NCBI GenBank assembly: GCA_008080735.1 | Contig: SHMW01000030.1 | Coordinates: forward strand, 10,100 to 40,906 | From: Promethearchaeota archaeon | Lineage (GTDB): Archaea; Asgardarchaeota; Lokiarchaeia; Sigyniarchaeales; SOKP01 | Direction of reading: 5' to 3' | Length of the DNA stretch: 30,807 nt | In this document: positions 30,135 through 30,807 of the stretch, one piece after another | Numbering within the stretch: position 1 is the stretch's first letter | Layout: each line of letters opens with the position of its first letter | Notes under the pieces: model-generated | The model's input: only the letters and a program-made list of their open reading frames with translations | Databases searched by the model: none | What the model was told of the DNA's origin: nothing | Translations under genes and position numbers: made by a program

Positions 30135-30215
30135 GATGATTAGTGAATTTTTTTTTCCAATCTGAATAAGTTTAAGGGGGATGATATACTCAATAAAAAA
30201 AAATATCAATACAAC

Positions 30216-30788
30216 TCAGATCCTGCATAAATACGCATCTAGGTACTTCCCTCTTATAATTTTAAAATCAAGCCGAAGAAAATTGGTATAATCCCTGGGA
30301 TCAACAGCACTTTGATGGGACGGATATTTTTTTCTAACATTTTCAACTCCATCCTCATTTAATTCTATAACAACTAAATATCCACCCTGTTTAAGGACTC
30401 TCACAGACTCTTTTATTGTATCTAATCTCAACAGCTCATCGATGTGATGAAATGAAGTATATAAAAATACAGCATCAAAGAGATCATCTCGAAAAGGAAG
30501 TAATTCTGCTCTTAAAGGCCTAAACTTAACTTTAGATTCTAAATTAAGTTTCTCTACTAGATCTTCCCAATCCCCCCAGTTTGCTCCTGCGGGTTCTCCA
30601 GTAATTACTTCGAATCCATTAATTCCAAGGATACTAGCCATTATTCCGCGTCCAGTTCCAATATCTAAAACTTTAATATCATTATCAAAATTTAACGTAT
30701 CTAAGACCGATTGAATGAACAAAGCATCATTCGATTCCTCTCCAAAATATTCCAGAAATTTAGTTAATAAATGCTCTTTAGATGACAT
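30216..30788 (-). CDS. Class I SAM-dependent methyltransferase
   Basis: VLDIGTGRG, AELLPF..FDAV, SFHH and RVLKQGG motifs. Confidence 0.9.
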   Translation of the reverse strand: MSSKEHLLTKFLEYFGEESNDALFIQSVLDTLNFDNDIKVLDIGTGRGIMASILGINGFEVITGEPAGANWGDWEDLVEKLNLESKVKFRPLRAELLPFRDDLFDAVFLYTSFHHIDELLRLDTIKESVRVLKQGGYLVVIELNEDGVENVRKKYPSHQSAVDPRDYTNFLRLDFKIIRGKYLDAYLCRI

Positions 30789-30807
30789 AAGATCGGAAGA
30801 GAGTCGT

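Overview
AT-rich archaeal DNA, most likely Asgard archaea (Lokiarchaeia-like). This is an inference from Alba, a histone, CDC48, a Sec11-type signal peptidase, a TPR-rich protein and GGTGA/GAGG ribosome-binding sites. The left two-thirds is an anaerobic short or branched acyl-CoA metabolism region: SDR, acyl-CoA dehydrogenase with EtfB and ferredoxin-fused EtfA, a split B12-dependent acyl-CoA mutase with MeaB and CobO, a two-subunit CoA-transferase-like enzyme, a PrpE-type acyl-CoA ligase, MaoC, and thiolase with DUF35. The right third holds chromatin and proteostasis genes, a ~350-bp non-autonomous IS200/IS605 remnant and an unusual MtdB fusion. The standout feature is in the prpE-like gene. 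Its apparent frameshift is a precise 37-nt insertion (13953-13989) inside the conserved YWQTE|TGWP motif. The insert folds into a bulge-helix-bulge-type structure whose predicted tRNA-splicing-endonuclease cuts fall exactly at both insert ends, so it is a candidate archaeal-type mRNA intron in a metabolic gene. All homology calls come from motif recognition by eye; no searches were run.
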